Source: a virus
Lineage: Duplodnaviria; Caudoviricetes
Direction: 5' to 3' (one strand)
Virus record (IMG/VR): IMGVR_UViG_3300031994_000064
Span: 18,984-82,983 of that record
Length of the DNA stretch: 64,000 bases
The notes under the pieces are model-generated. The model searched no databases and was not told the DNA's origin. It worked only from the letters and a program-made list of their open reading frames with translations. A program made the translations under genes and the position numbers. Of this stretch, positions 18,230 to 28,693 are shown piece after piece. Each line of letters starts with the position of its first letter. Position 1 is the first letter of the stretch.

Positions 18230-19408
18230 TTAGAAAGTGGTTGAAGACGTTTGCGTGGTGTCGATGATGTAATGGTACAGGAACTTGTCAAGCACCGGAA
18301 TTGCGCTCATCATCAAGTCGCTGTGCCACTCTTTGAGGTTGCCGTTGGCGATGACAGAGTTCATCACAAGGGCGAGTCCGTTCAACGCGCTGGAGAATGT
18401 TCTGTCAATCAGCTTGTTGCCGTATTTCTTGTAGATTTCCTCGTCAAGAATGTTGGTTCTCAACACTTGACCGGCTTTGCCGACAGGACGCAGAACGGCG
18501 GTGTTGTCGTTCCAACCGTGAACAGTCTGACCGGCGAAAGAGTCGTACTGGCTCTCTTCTACAATCACGATTTCGGGCATGTCGTCGCCGAAATTGTACT
18601 GACGGATGGCGTTCAAAGCCATTTCGGTGTTGGCTTGGAAGACCTGCGGCAGAAGCACGTTGTTGAGGCTGTTGTAGTAACGGATAACCTCAAGCACCTG
18701 CGCGTTCTTGAGCCAGTTGTTGAGCCACTGGTTGCGGGTGATTTCAAGCTGCATCTTAATTTCCATGCCGAGATGTTCGCGCACATCGGCGTAAATCTTG
18801 CGCACTTGGTCGAGAATCTTGCAGTTCGTGGTGTCAGACCAAACGACAGCACCGGCTTTCAAGAAGTTCTCGGTTGGGATGTTAGCCTTGTACAGAGGGG
18901 AGCGGACACCATGCTCGTAGTTCCAAAGCACTTGACCCGTTGAAATGGCTTGAGCAGCCATGTTGGAAAGGGTCTGGTTTGCTTGGTCGAGAGCGGGTTG
19001 CAGCCACTCGGTGACGTAGGCTTTGATGAGGTCGCTGTCCTCGAACTGCGAGAACAGTTTTTCGCGCTGGTCTCTCTCCATGGCGGTTTCCACATAACCC
19101 TTGGCGATGAAATCGGGAATCGTGCCCGTATAGTAAGCCAAGTTACCCTTTTCTTGAGGGATGGAATCACCGAGAGGTCCGCGCATATCCATCATGCCGC
19201 CGCTTTCGACTTTCGTCATTTCCTGCACGAAGGTTGCTCTGCCCTTTGGGTTTGTCGGGATGATGGAAGAAGACACCGTGAACTTCTGTCTCCAGAAGCC
19301 GTGGTTGGCGTGTACAAGGTTGGGGTCTTGAAGGATGGTAGAGGTAATCAGCTTGCCTTCCTTGCTGTCCCATAATTTTGCAAATAACGTATTTTCAAAT
19401 TTAGCCAT
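18230..19408 (-). CDS. Major capsid protein
   Basis: 392 aa, strong codon bias, preceded by scaffold and decoration genes. Confidence 0.85.
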   Translation of the reverse strand: MAKFENTLFAKLWDSKEGKLITSTILQDPNLVHANHGFWRQKFTVSSSIIPTNPKGRATFVQEMTKVESGGMMDMRGPLGDSIPQEKGNLAYYTGTIPDFIAKGYVETAMERDQREKLFSQFEDSDLIKAYVTEWLQPALDQANQTLSNMAAQAISTGQVLWNYEHGVRSPLYKANIPTENFLKAGAVVWSDTTNCKILDQVRKIYADVREHLGMEIKMQLEITRNQWLNNWLKNAQVLEVIRYYNSLNNVLLPQVFQANTEMALNAIRQYNFGDDMPEIVIVEESQYDSFAGQTVHGWNDNTAVLRPVGKAGQVLRTNILDEEIYKKYGNKLIDRTFSSALNGLALVMNSVIANGNLKEWHSDLMMSAIPVLDKFLYHYIIDTTQTSSTTF

Positions 19409-19428
19409 ATCTTACTCCTTTCTTGTTT

Positions 19429-20250
19429 TTATGCTTCAAGTGTGTCAATTCTTGCCTCGTGGTCTGCGGTGGTGACGGCAACCTTGTTCAAGAAATCAAC
19501 CTTGAACCATCCGTTCACGTTGGCGAGGTTGAGGTCAAGCACACATTGCGGCATAGGTGACATTTTGTGAATGTACATCAGACCGCCAAGAGCGGGGGTA
19601 TAGATGTATCTTGCAGAATCGTAGTCCATGCTCGTGACAGCCTTGACGGTGTTCTTGCCGGTGTCTATGACGGGGTAGTCGAAGAAATCGCAGTCGCAAT
19701 CGACAACGGAGTTGACGGTTTCGACAAGCATCTTCTTGCTTGCACCCGCTTCGGTGGCTTCGACAAGAATCGTGCCCTTGCTGATAGAAGAGGCGATGTT
19801 CGCGCTCACGGTCAAAGCCCACACTGGGTAGTCAACGCTGCTGACGGTGGCTGTCGTCTCGGTGATTGCGGTCACGGTGACACCCGTGCCGGTTCCGCCC
19901 ATGACGGCGGGGGCAACCATGAGGATGTCTCCTACAAACGGCTTGTGATGATAGCCGTCACGAAGGATGTTGATGGTGGTGGTGGCTGCGCTTACAGCCT
20001 CGTAGGTCTTCAGAATGTAGATTTCGGGGCGAACGCCTTGGGCGTTGGTCTTGTACCAGCAAAGGTCGCCTGCGAACATCTTGGCAGGGCCTTTGAAGGG
20101 GTTCATAATCATGCCGCCGAACGTGGGGTAAACAAGTTCGTTCTTGATACCCTGCAATTTGACGAACACGTTTCTTGAACCGCCTACTTCGCCTCTCTTT
20201 TGGATAAGCTCTCGACCTCTGAATGTTCCGACTTCGTTTTCGTAAATCAT
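19429..20250 (-). CDS. Capsid decoration/auxiliary protein
   Basis: Between scaffold and capsid genes; T/V/A-rich. Confidence 0.6.
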   Translation of the reverse strand: MIYENEVGTFRGRELIQKRGEVGGSRNVFVKLQGIKNELVYPTFGGMIMNPFKGPAKMFAGDLCWYKTNAQGVRPEIYILKTYEAVSAATTTINILRDGYHHKPFVGDILMVAPAVMGGTGTGVTVTAITETTATVSSVDYPVWALTVSANIASSISKGTILVEATEAGASKKMLVETVNSVVDCDCDFFDYPVIDTGKNTVKAVTSMDYDSARYIYTPALGGLMYIHKMSPMPQCVLDLNLANVNGWFKVDFLNKVAVTTADHEARIDTLEA

Positions 20251-20290
20251 AATGTAAAGGTTTTAATGTTAATAAAAAGTTAGTTCATCT

Positions 20291-20974
20291 CTACTCGCCT
20301 TGTTCGGCTTTCAAGGCTTCTCCTGCGGCTTTGATGGTTTCCTTGATTTTTTCAAGGTGGCTTGCCGAGCCTGCGCCGCGAGGTGTCAAGTCGTCGTCTT
20401 CGGGCATTTCCGAGAAGAACTCGTTGTACATCTCAAGGTAGCTTTCGGCTTCCGCTTCGATGTCGGTGTTCTCGTCAATCTTCGCCTTGTCGAGCATTGA
20501 TTTCACCCATTTGTCGTTCTTGACACCTTTCTTCTTGATTTCGGCGGCAAGCTGTTCGCGTTTCTGACCAATGGTCTTTTTCGTTTCTTCGGCTTGCTTT
20601 TCGTCCTCAAGCTTTTTCAAGCGTTCTTCCAACTTGGCGATGGTCTCGTCTTTCTTGCCGTCATCGTTGCCGACCTCGTCTTTTTTTTTCTTTTTCGCAG
20701 GCTCTTCGATTTGCTTTTTCAGCTCCTCGATTTGCTTGTTAAAATTCTCGGCGAGGGTCGAATTGGCTTTGTTAATGTGACCTTTCTGCGTTTCAAGCAT
20801 TTTAACGGCTTTTTCCGCAAAAGCGTCAAGTTCGATTTCGCTGTCTTCACCAACAAGTTCGCATAGGGTCTCTACGTGTTCCTTGATGGTTCGTTCCCAA
20901 TCGGCGATTTTTTCTACCTTTTTTGAGAACATTGCCGTGATTTTTTCACGGGCTTCCTCTTTTGTGAATTTCAC
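20291..20974 (-). CDS. Capsid scaffolding protein (GTG start)
   Basis: Highly charged coiled-coil protein heading the head operon. Confidence 0.7.
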   Translation of the reverse strand: MKFTKEEAREKITAMFSKKVEKIADWERTIKEHVETLCELVGEDSEIELDAFAEKAVKMLETQKGHINKANSTLAENFNKQIEELKKQIEEPAKKKKKDEVGNDDGKKDETIAKLEERLKKLEDEKQAEETKKTIGQKREQLAAEIKKKGVKNDKWVKSMLDKAKIDENTDIEAEAESYLEMYNEFFSEMPEDDDLTPRGAGSASHLEKIKETIKAAGEALKAEQGE

Positions 20975-21090
20975 GTTGTTCTATTTTTTTTAAGTTAAAT
21001 AGATTGACGCTTCATCGTATCAACCAATGTTGACTACTCCACGTCCTCTACCCCTACCACGTAGGGTGATTTAAGTTAGTTTATGTTTTT
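20973..21090 (-). mobile_element. Orphan TnpB right-end/omegaRNA module without tnpB (copy 3)
   Basis: About 75 nt (20998-21072) homologous to the tnpB 3' ends, then A-rich tract ending CAACGT; left boundary uncertain (21082 or 21090). Confidence 0.8.
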
Positions 21091-21129
21091 ATCTTTTTTC
21101 AATTTCCTGTTCGTTTTGGATTAACGCGG

Positions 21130-21137
21130 CAAAAATA
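21130..21137 (-). promoter_or_regulatory. -7 box of head/tail operon
   Basis: TATTTTTG on minus strand, divergent from terminase promoter. Confidence 0.7.
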
Positions 21138-21198
21138 ACAATTATTTTGTATTTTTTTATTATTCGGAGGGAAAAATCGTCCTATGACGTTTTTTTTG

Positions 21199-21206
21199 TA
21201 TTTTTG
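21199..21206 (+). promoter_or_regulatory. -7 box of terminase-portal operon
   Basis: TATTTTTG 19 nt before terL ATG. Confidence 0.7.
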
Positions 21207-21225
21207 CGGCTGTAAATAATACCGA

Positions 21226-22830
21226 ATGTCCGAGATAAAAATCATACGACCGCAAGCTGGATTTCAGGAGAAGTTCTGCCGTACCAATGTGGATTTCTGC
21301 ATTGGCGGCGGCTTATTGAACTCTGGCAAGTCGTATGCTTCCGTTTTGGCTTGCGCACAAGCGGTTTCAGACCCGAATTTCCGCGCTTTGTACTTGCGTA
21401 ACAACCTCGGCGACTTGAAGGCAGGCGGCGGTATCGCCGATACGTTCAGAGAGATTTTCGGCGAAAGCATAAAGATTGTCGAGTCCGGCGACCCGCACAT
21501 CAATTTCCCAAGCGGGGCGGTCATAGACCTCACGCACGTCGCCAACCAAAGCAGAGAAGCAATACGACAGCGTTTCAAAGGACGTCAGTACGATTTGATT
21601 GTGTTCGACGAAGGAACGGGTTACACTTGGGAATGTCTTACCGAGATTATGACACGTAACCGTGGCAAGGGAAGCTGGACGGGTCACGTGCTTATGACCA
21701 CCAACCCCGAAAAAGACCATTGGATTCGCACGTTCATAGACTGGTACATCGGCGAAGACGGCTACATCAGAGAAGACCGAAACGGTGTGGTGCGCTATTT
21801 CTACATCAACGGCGAAACCGTCAACGATGTTGTGTGGGGCGACACGAAAGAGGATGTATTCAACAAGTGCCGTGTCGAAATATCGCAGCGTCTGCGCAAA
21901 ATGAACGGCAAGAAAGAGATTTTCAAGTGGCAAGACCTCATAAAGTCTTTCACATTCTATCTTGGCAGTATGTCCGAGAACGTAGCGTCCATCAGCGGCA
22001 ATAGCGGTTATGCGGCATCAGTGGCGATGGTCGGCGGTCGTGCCGCCCAGCAATACCTTGAGGGCAACTGGAACGTCAGCACCAAAGGCGACCTAAACTC
22101 ACCGATACCGCAGGCACTCGCAGAATCCGTGTTTGACAACGACCCAATGACCAACGGCGACCGATGGATTACCGCAGACCTCGCCGATACTGGGACAGAC
22201 AACTTCATTGCGCTTGTATGGGACGGCTTTCACGTCTTTGACATGGTTGTAGCAGGAAGAACAACGCCAAGAGAAAATGCGGATATTCTCAAAAACCTGT
22301 GCAGCAAACACAAGATACCAGAAACAAATGTGATTTTCGACGCGACTGGAGGCGTTTATCTGAAAGACTACATGCCTACCGCGATTGCATATTACTCTAA
22401 CGCTTCTCCGATGGGCGTGTACATGAACCGCTATATGAAGCTGAAAGACGAATGCTACGGGCGTTTGTGCACTCTGATAAAAGAACACAGCATTTCTTTC
22501 TCCGAAGACCTCGCCAACAAGATATACTCGCATCCGCTTTTGAGCGACAAGATAACCATCAAGGAAGAGTTCAAAGAGGAATGCGCGTGCGTGAAGTTCA
22601 AGGACGACACCGGCATACGCAGGTCGCTGATTACGAAACGAGAGATGAGAAAGCTGCTCGGCAAGTTCCGTTCGCCCGACTTGTTAGACCCTTGCGCGAT
22701 GCGGATGATGCCCATATTGAGATACGCGAACGGCGAGGAACTGATAAAGACAAGCGCGTACCGAAAAGACGATGAAGATGAAATGGATGGACTTACTGTC
22801 AACGTGTTCGACGATACAACTTGGTGTTAA
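21226..22830 (+). CDS. terL: Terminase large subunit
   Basis: Walker A NSGKS, Walker B VFDEG, MTTNP, nuclease ITADLA and SPDLLD. Confidence 0.92.
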   Translation: MSEIKIIRPQAGFQEKFCRTNVDFCIGGGLLNSGKSYASVLACAQAVSDPNFRALYLRNNLGDLKAGGGIADTFREIFGESIKIVESGDPHINFPSGAVIDLTHVANQSREAIRQRFKGRQYDLIVFDEGTGYTWECLTEIMTRNRGKGSWTGHVLMTTNPEKDHWIRTFIDWYIGEDGYIREDRNGVVRYFYINGETVNDVVWGDTKEDVFNKCRVEISQRLRKMNGKKEIFKWQDLIKSFTFYLGSMSENVASISGNSGYAASVAMVGGRAAQQYLEGNWNVSTKGDLNSPIPQALAESVFDNDPMTNGDRWITADLADTGTDNFIALVWDGFHVFDMVVAGRTTPRENADILKNLCSKHKIPETNVIFDATGGVYLKDYMPTAIAYYSNASPMGVYMNRYMKLKDECYGRLCTLIKEHSISFSEDLANKIYSHPLLSDKITIKEEFKEECACVKFKDDTGIRRSLITKREMRKLLGKFRSPDLLDPCAMRMMPILRYANGEELIKTSAYRKDDEDEMDGLTVNVFDDTTWC

Positions 22831-22847
22831 ACATATATTTAACCACA

Positions 22848-23372
22848 ATGATAAGCAAATCGAAACTTAAAAAGATAATCGAAGATGCAGAGAGAAAAGG
22901 TTACAAACTGAAAGTCAGAGATGTGGCTTACGCTTACCTTTGCACACATTTCGAGGACAGCGCGATAGCGTACAAGGTCGTTTACGGCGAAGACGTGCTT
23001 GACACGGCTGCTTTTGACGCGAAGCCAGCAATCGCGTACATCAAAGACCAAATCAAATACTCGCTTGTCACGGATGCCTCTGAAAGTGCCGACAAAATGT
23101 CTTTTGATGAAAACAAGAAAGAGATGATTAAGCTCATCAAAAGAACAGAAAAAGGCATGGAAGAAGGCAGAATTGACGAAGATAAAGGTCTTAACATAAT
23201 AAAAGACATCCGTGTGAAACTGAACGACAAGTTCAACGTAAGCGACAAGTCGAAGAGCGGAATCGTAATAGTAGAGCCGAAGTTTTCAAAAATCTGCGAG
23301 TGTGGCAGGGAAATATACGTACCGAGCAAACAAGAGTTGATGGCGCAATACGGGCTGGTTGAAAAAGAATAA
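22848..23372 (+). CDS. Hypothetical protein (possible packaging accessory)
   Basis: ORF between terL and portal; CECG motif. Confidence 0.5.
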   Translation: MISKSKLKKIIEDAERKGYKLKVRDVAYAYLCTHFEDSAIAYKVVYGEDVLDTAAFDAKPAIAYIKDQIKYSLVTDASESADKMSFDENKKEMIKLIKRTEKGMEEGRIDEDKGLNIIKDIRVKLNDKFNVSDKSKSGIVIVEPKFSKICECGREIYVPSKQELMAQYGLVEKE

Positions 23373-23402
23373 CGTACAATAATATAATATATACTATATA
23401 CT

Positions 23403-24932
23403 ATGGGTTACGAAGAAATGAAAAAAGAGCTTTTGGCAAGTCCCGAAAAGCTCATGCAGAAAAAGCCGTTTTACAGAGAGGTTTACGAAACGAAGGGTGT
23501 GGCGAACTGCGGCTTTCTCTCTGAACAATATATAAACGAGACGATAACCGCAGAGCCTACGTCGCTGAAGGTCACCCCCGTCTCGCAGGACAGGTTCTTG
23601 ATGGAACTCAACCCAGACTCTCACGATGTCTTGTTTGACGAGAACATCCCGTCAATCACGATGAAGCTGAAAAACGGCGGTTGGGCTGACTTGAAATTCA
23701 AAAGGGTGGCTGTGCCTTTCCAACGCCTCATCAAGAACAAGCAAGTGCTTCACGCGACCGGCAATCCGCTGAACCACACACTGCTGATTGAAAACCCGAC
23801 AGAAACGCAATCCGACAGCTTCATTCTTGTAAAGCAGTATTGGAAGATGCGCAACCAAGACGGAATGTTCAAGAAGATGGTCGAAACGCAGAAGTCGATG
23901 GGCGATGTGGGGTTGCTCTACTATTACGACTACAAAGGTCAAATCAAGTGCCGTGTGCTTTCGTACAAAGACGGCTACGCGATATGCACACACCGAGACA
24001 ACAACGGCGATGTGATACTTGAAAGCGTTGTGTACGAAAAAGACAACGTGAAATACATAGACAGTTACGATGACCTGTATATGTACCGCTACAAGAACGA
24101 CACGAACGTCACAAAGTCCGAAGAAGACGGATGGGTGCTTGAAAAGCGAGTAAGGCACGGCTTTGACGAAATACCGCTCATCTCAAAACGCGGAGAGGTC
24201 GCTTGGAACGCCGTGCAAAGCGCGATTGACGTTTACGAGGTCATCTACAACGTGTTTCTCGCCATTCAGAAAAAACACGGCTGGGGCGTTCTCTACATCA
24301 AGGGCAACTTTGACGAGAACGGCAAGAAACTCGCGGGAAACATCATTCTGAACGACAACAGCATAGACGGAAAAGGCGATGCCAAGTTCTTGACACCGCC
24401 ATCTCCAGAACATATCATAGAGACCTTGCAAAGCATCGAGGACAACATTCAGAAAGGTGCTGGCACGACGTTCATTCTGCCGAAAGACATCAGATTGAGC
24501 GGCGACATCAGCGGCATAGCAATCGCACTCACAATGTCTCTTGACATCGAGACCGCGGAGCAAGACAGAATAGACTGGCAGAACGTGACGTGCAAGATGA
24601 TGCGTCTGTTCAAGTTCGGTCTTGCCAAGGAGTTGTACAACAAAGACAAGAAGAAATACAAAAGCGTCATTTCCGATTTCGAGGACATCGACATCTACTC
24701 TGAAATCAAGGTTTGGAGACCGATGAATGAATACGAATACAACCAGATGATTCAGATGATGACCCAAGGCGGTGTGCTTTCGTTCGAGACCGGCACTGAA
24801 CTCTGCACATTGAGCAAACCCGATGAAAAGGCACGGCTTGCAAGAGAAGAAAAAGCAGAAGAAGAGAAAGAGCAGCGCAAAGAAGAACGTGAGTTTCAAG
24901 TAAAAGGTTTTACAAACCCACAAAACGAATAG
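23403..24932 (+). CDS. Portal protein (SPP1 gp6-like)
   Basis: 509 aa, IDVYE..LSGDISGIAI pattern, after terminase. Confidence 0.8.
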   Translation: MGYEEMKKELLASPEKLMQKKPFYREVYETKGVANCGFLSEQYINETITAEPTSLKVTPVSQDRFLMELNPDSHDVLFDENIPSITMKLKNGGWADLKFKRVAVPFQRLIKNKQVLHATGNPLNHTLLIENPTETQSDSFILVKQYWKMRNQDGMFKKMVETQKSMGDVGLLYYYDYKGQIKCRVLSYKDGYAICTHRDNNGDVILESVVYEKDNVKYIDSYDDLYMYRYKNDTNVTKSEEDGWVLEKRVRHGFDEIPLISKRGEVAWNAVQSAIDVYEVIYNVFLAIQKKHGWGVLYIKGNFDENGKKLAGNIILNDNSIDGKGDAKFLTPPSPEHIIETLQSIEDNIQKGAGTTFILPKDIRLSGDISGIAIALTMSLDIETAEQDRIDWQNVTCKMMRLFKFGLAKELYNKDKKKYKSVISDFEDIDIYSEIKVWRPMNEYEYNQMIQMMTQGGVLSFETGTELCTLSKPDEKARLAREEKAEEEKEQRKEEREFQVKGFTNPQNE

Positions 24933-24935
24933 TGT

Positions 24936-27900
24936 ATGGAAAAGGTGTTGCGATTATACGAGATACCCGATGTCGAGAACATAGTTACCGTTCTCGGCTC
25001 TGGGGATTCTCTGCCAGAAAGCGGGTTTTCGGAAAACGACTTGTTCATAAATCTTAACACCGACGGCTTGTACAAAGCGGTTGAAAACCAATCGCAACAG
25101 CTGCAATGGGTGCAGATTCAGTTTGACGAAACAAAATACTACCGCGACAAGTCTGCGGAAACACCGCTGTTTTTCAATTTCAGCCAGCAATACGGGTTGA
25201 ATGAATACGATGTTTCGTTCCCTCAAAACGCCGAAAGAGCCGCTGAAATCACGTCTTTCACATACAGCGCGACAAGAATGGGCAACGCGCCCACAATATC
25301 GGGAACGCTCATGTACCGCCAATGCCTTGACGAGCTTTGGACTGACCGCGTGTGCGTTTTTTTCAACAAAAAGTTCTATTTCATAGACAAGATACCGACA
25401 AGCGAGTACAACAACACCGATGAGCGGTACAAACACTCTTGCGAGTTCGTGAGCGAGAACAAGCTGCTTGAAAACGTATATTTCACAAACGTGGTTGATG
25501 TAGAGCATTCAGGCGAAGACGAGGCGATGCTACCGATGCAATGGCTTGATTTCACGTTTTTCGGCGGTATAAGCGAGTTTGTTTCACGTTTGAACCTTTC
25601 TCTTGAATACAGCGGTCTTGACGCACAACACGTCGGGTTCAGAGTCGTGAAAGACTATCTTGAACCAGTAGAGGAAAAACTGATTACAATATCTGAAACA
25701 ACGCTCAAAGCGGCTCTTGACTTGATTTACGAAACGTGGGAGATTCCTTATTGGTTTGACGGTTACACAATACACATCGGTTACTCAAACGAGCAGCAGA
25801 TGCAGCAAGCTGGCATAACGATGCCAACATTCCAATACGGGGCGGTGCAAAGCCTTCTTTCTTTGCAGAAAAGCCAAAGCAACGACATTGTGAACAGAAT
25901 AACGGGTTTTGGCTCGGAAGAAAACATACCGACATTCTATCCAAACAAAAACCCGAACGCCATAGAGTTGCAATACCAGCGCAACCAAACGCTGATGGTG
26001 GATTATGCAAAGATAGTGAACCCGTACAAGACTGTGAAACTCAAACCTTCCGAATCGGTACACCAAGGCGTGCCAAGCGGCTCGTATTTCAAGTACATGC
26101 CGATAACAAAGACGTACAACTATGACCAGTTCATGTCGGTGAACACTCATGCAAAACCTAAAGTGGTTGATGAAGACGGCGATCCATCTCTTGTTTTGAC
26201 GGCAATAGAAGACTACAACTGCCAAAGCAGGTATTTTGTGCAAGGACACGGAGGAACGCCCTCTATTATAGGGCATTCAAACGCCCACCCCGAATACAAC
26301 ATCATATGCAAAAGAATATGGGTGTGGCTTCGCGAGGGCACTTTTGAAAGCTTGTCGATAAAAGACGAGATGGACGCAGTTGAAATGTTCAAAAAAAGCG
26401 GTGCTTCGCAAGTTCTTTTCTATGACACGAACGCGCCGAAATTCTTTGTCAAAGCGCAGTCGTACACTTACACAAGAGAGCAGTACGAAACGGTAATAGG
26501 CAACAACCAAGGGTTCAATCAAAATTCATCGGCAAACCTAATAGACAAATATTTCACTTTGCGCACAGAGAGCAACGATGTCGTTTATGTATGGGATGAC
26601 GGAACAGAGACGGACACTTACAACGAGGTGTTCCCGATAGACATTCAGAGTTTTCCCGCAGGCACAACTTGTCTGTCTTTCACGGTAGGATTGATGGCGA
26701 AATACAACGATGCCACAGCACCTACGTCTTACGTGCAGACACAGTTCAAGACAAAAACGCAGACCGTTATAACGCACACTCTTTTATCTACGCCGGACTG
26801 GTCTTTGAACGCCGACGGTAACGTCGCTCATCTTTGGCGGTATGGCATACGCCTGAACAGCGATGTGACACCTCTTGAAAACGACATCATCTATTTCACG
26901 AAAGAAACTGGTGCTTTGCCTTATTATTGCGGAATGCTCATGCCTTATTCTTTCAGACTGACAAACGACATTTGGATTAATGCAAAAAACAACGAATATC
27001 TGAAAGAAAACGGCACTGATTATTACTCTTTTGAAAATCTTTACAAGATTTCGTGCGCAAAAGAACACGTTGAGAATTTCGACGACATCAAGCCTACGAT
27101 AAAAGGCATGATGAACAACGACACGCCATCGAAACGCATAGACCAAATAATTGATGTTGCCTTCGACCAAGACGACAACAACGACTTGCAAGAAAACGGC
27201 ACTGATTACCAACACCCGTATTTCTTTGTCAAGCTTGCCAAGACAAGCCTTGATGACGGCTACGGCTTCAACTTGTTCGACTGCGCCATAGACGGCGACA
27301 CGATGAAACTTAACATGGCTGACGGCAACTGCGGCGGATGCACGTTTGAAGTCATGGTTGACTACAACGACGGCGTTGCTGTAAACCCGATAGGTGTGTT
27401 TACCGAAGCGAAAACGATAAACGGAGTGACCTACGCTGCCGGCACGCCATACCGAAACGCAAACGGTGATGTGATGACAAGCAATGCGCCGAACACAAGC
27501 GGTCAGCAAGACACATCGGCCGCAGAGGTGTGGATTGCGTTGAGAAAAGACAACGAGACTTTCGGCAGCTACGCAAACGGTGCGGAAGTCGTGCTTCCAG
27601 ACAGCAAACGCGGGGAGAATTTCATACCGCAAGAGGGTGACAGCTTTACAATCATCAACATTTGTCTGCCTTACGCTTACATTATCGCGGCTGAACAACG
27701 GCTTTATTATGCGATTCTCGACTATATGGAGAGAAACAACCCCCGCACTTGGTCTTTTTCTGTCAAATTCTCGTCAATCTACTACAAAAAACACTACGAG
27801 TTCATGGACAAATGGCTCAACGAATCATCTCAATTGCCTTTTGTCTATAACGACATTGAAAGAAAATACTTTGTGCAGTCGTACTCGTACAAGATGAGCA

Positions 27901-28625
27901 ACAACTCGGCACTGCCGGAGGTTACCGTTGAATTGAACGAAAAAGTCAAAAAAAGAAACTTGTTCTACCCGATACCGTACAACCCTTACCAAAACACAGA
28001 ATACGTGGAATCGCAGAACAAAATGGCTGTGATGAAAATCGTGAAAGAAATGATTGGCGACACTGCTTCTCCGATAAACCAAAACGTAAATGACTTGAAA
28101 GTCAGCGGTGACATAACATTGTCAAACGGCGTTTCTTTGAACTCGCAGATAGCCGCCATAAACGCACAGATTTTCACCAACGACAACATTCAGACAAAAT
28201 ACAATATATGGGCTAAAATCAAAGATGTTGCAGAAGCCGAAAACCTTTTCAAAGACGGTGTTTTTGCGACAGAATACAACAGCATTTCACCGACAAACTC
28301 TGCTGTTTCAAAACTTGAAAACGGCGTGTTCGGCAAAGACGGCTTGCACGTGGAGTTTTCAGACACCATCGCTGGAATCTCTTTCGAGCAAAAGATTTTT
28401 GTCGAAGAAGAAACGGCATACACAATCGTCTTTTACGCTAAATCCGACGACAATGTGAACATAGACACTAAAATATATTATTTTGACGAAGACGACAAAT
28501 CGTTGTCTTATGACACGTTTGAAAACAGAGAGCTGACAACAGAGTGGCAAAAAATTGTTTTCTTGATAAACACGCCACAAGCGACAAATTACCTTACTAT
28601 AAAAATCAACAAGTCCGCATCTTAG
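24936..28625 (+). CDS. Large tail hub/tail tip protein with C-terminal carbohydrate-binding-like domain
   Basis: VNRITGFGSEENIP tail-protein pattern; C-terminal YTIVFYAKS..EWQKI beta-sandwich motif. Confidence 0.65.
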   Translation: MEKVLRLYEIPDVENIVTVLGSGDSLPESGFSENDLFINLNTDGLYKAVENQSQQLQWVQIQFDETKYYRDKSAETPLFFNFSQQYGLNEYDVSFPQNAERAAEITSFTYSATRMGNAPTISGTLMYRQCLDELWTDRVCVFFNKKFYFIDKIPTSEYNNTDERYKHSCEFVSENKLLENVYFTNVVDVEHSGEDEAMLPMQWLDFTFFGGISEFVSRLNLSLEYSGLDAQHVGFRVVKDYLEPVEEKLITISETTLKAALDLIYETWEIPYWFDGYTIHIGYSNEQQMQQAGITMPTFQYGAVQSLLSLQKSQSNDIVNRITGFGSEENIPTFYPNKNPNAIELQYQRNQTLMVDYAKIVNPYKTVKLKPSESVHQGVPSGSYFKYMPITKTYNYDQFMSVNTHAKPKVVDEDGDPSLVLTAIEDYNCQSRYFVQGHGGTPSIIGHSNAHPEYNIICKRIWVWLREGTFESLSIKDEMDAVEMFKKSGASQVLFYDTNAPKFFVKAQSYTYTREQYETVIGNNQGFNQNSSANLIDKYFTLRTESNDVVYVWDDGTETDTYNEVFPIDIQSFPAGTTCLSFTVGLMAKYNDATAPTSYVQTQFKTKTQTVITHTLLSTPDWSLNADGNVAHLWRYGIRLNSDVTPLENDIIYFTKETGALPYYCGMLMPYSFRLTNDIWINAKNNEYLKENGTDYYSFENLYKISCAKEHVENFDDIKPTIKGMMNNDTPSKRIDQIIDVAFDQDDNNDLQENGTDYQHPYFFVKLAKTSLDDGYGFNLFDCAIDGDTMKLNMADGNCGGCTFEVMVDYNDGVAVNPIGVFTEAKTINGVTYAAGTPYRNANGDVMTSNAPNTSGQQDTSAAEVWIALRKDNETFGSYANGAEVVLPDSKRGENFIPQEGDSFTIINICLPYAYIIAAEQRLYYAILDYMERNNPRTWSFSVKFSSIYYKKHYEFMDKWLNESSQLPFVYNDIERKYFVQSYSYKMSNNSALPEVTVELNEKVKKRNLFYPIPYNPYQNTEYVESQNKMAVMKIVKEMIGDTASPINQNVNDLKVSGDITLSNGVSLNSQIAAINAQIFTNDNIQTKYNIWAKIKDVAEAENLFKDGVFATEYNSISPTNSAVSKLENGVFGKDGLHVEFSDTIAGISFEQKIFVEEETAYTIVFYAKSDDNVNIDTKIYYFDEDDKSLSYDTFENRELTTEWQKIVFLINTPQATNYLTIKINKSAS

Positions 28626-28693
28626 TGAACTACCGCTTGGCTAAAGACCAATGGGTTTTCTTGGCAAATTAATTATAAAATGCGGACTTTTCT

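Noticed and set aside
18251-20178. Long antisense ORFs opposite capsid and decoration genes (18251-18943, 19567-20178) and similar ones opposite tape measure, portal and dnaN
   Set aside because: Expected shadows of strongly biased codon usage; no motifs or initiation context
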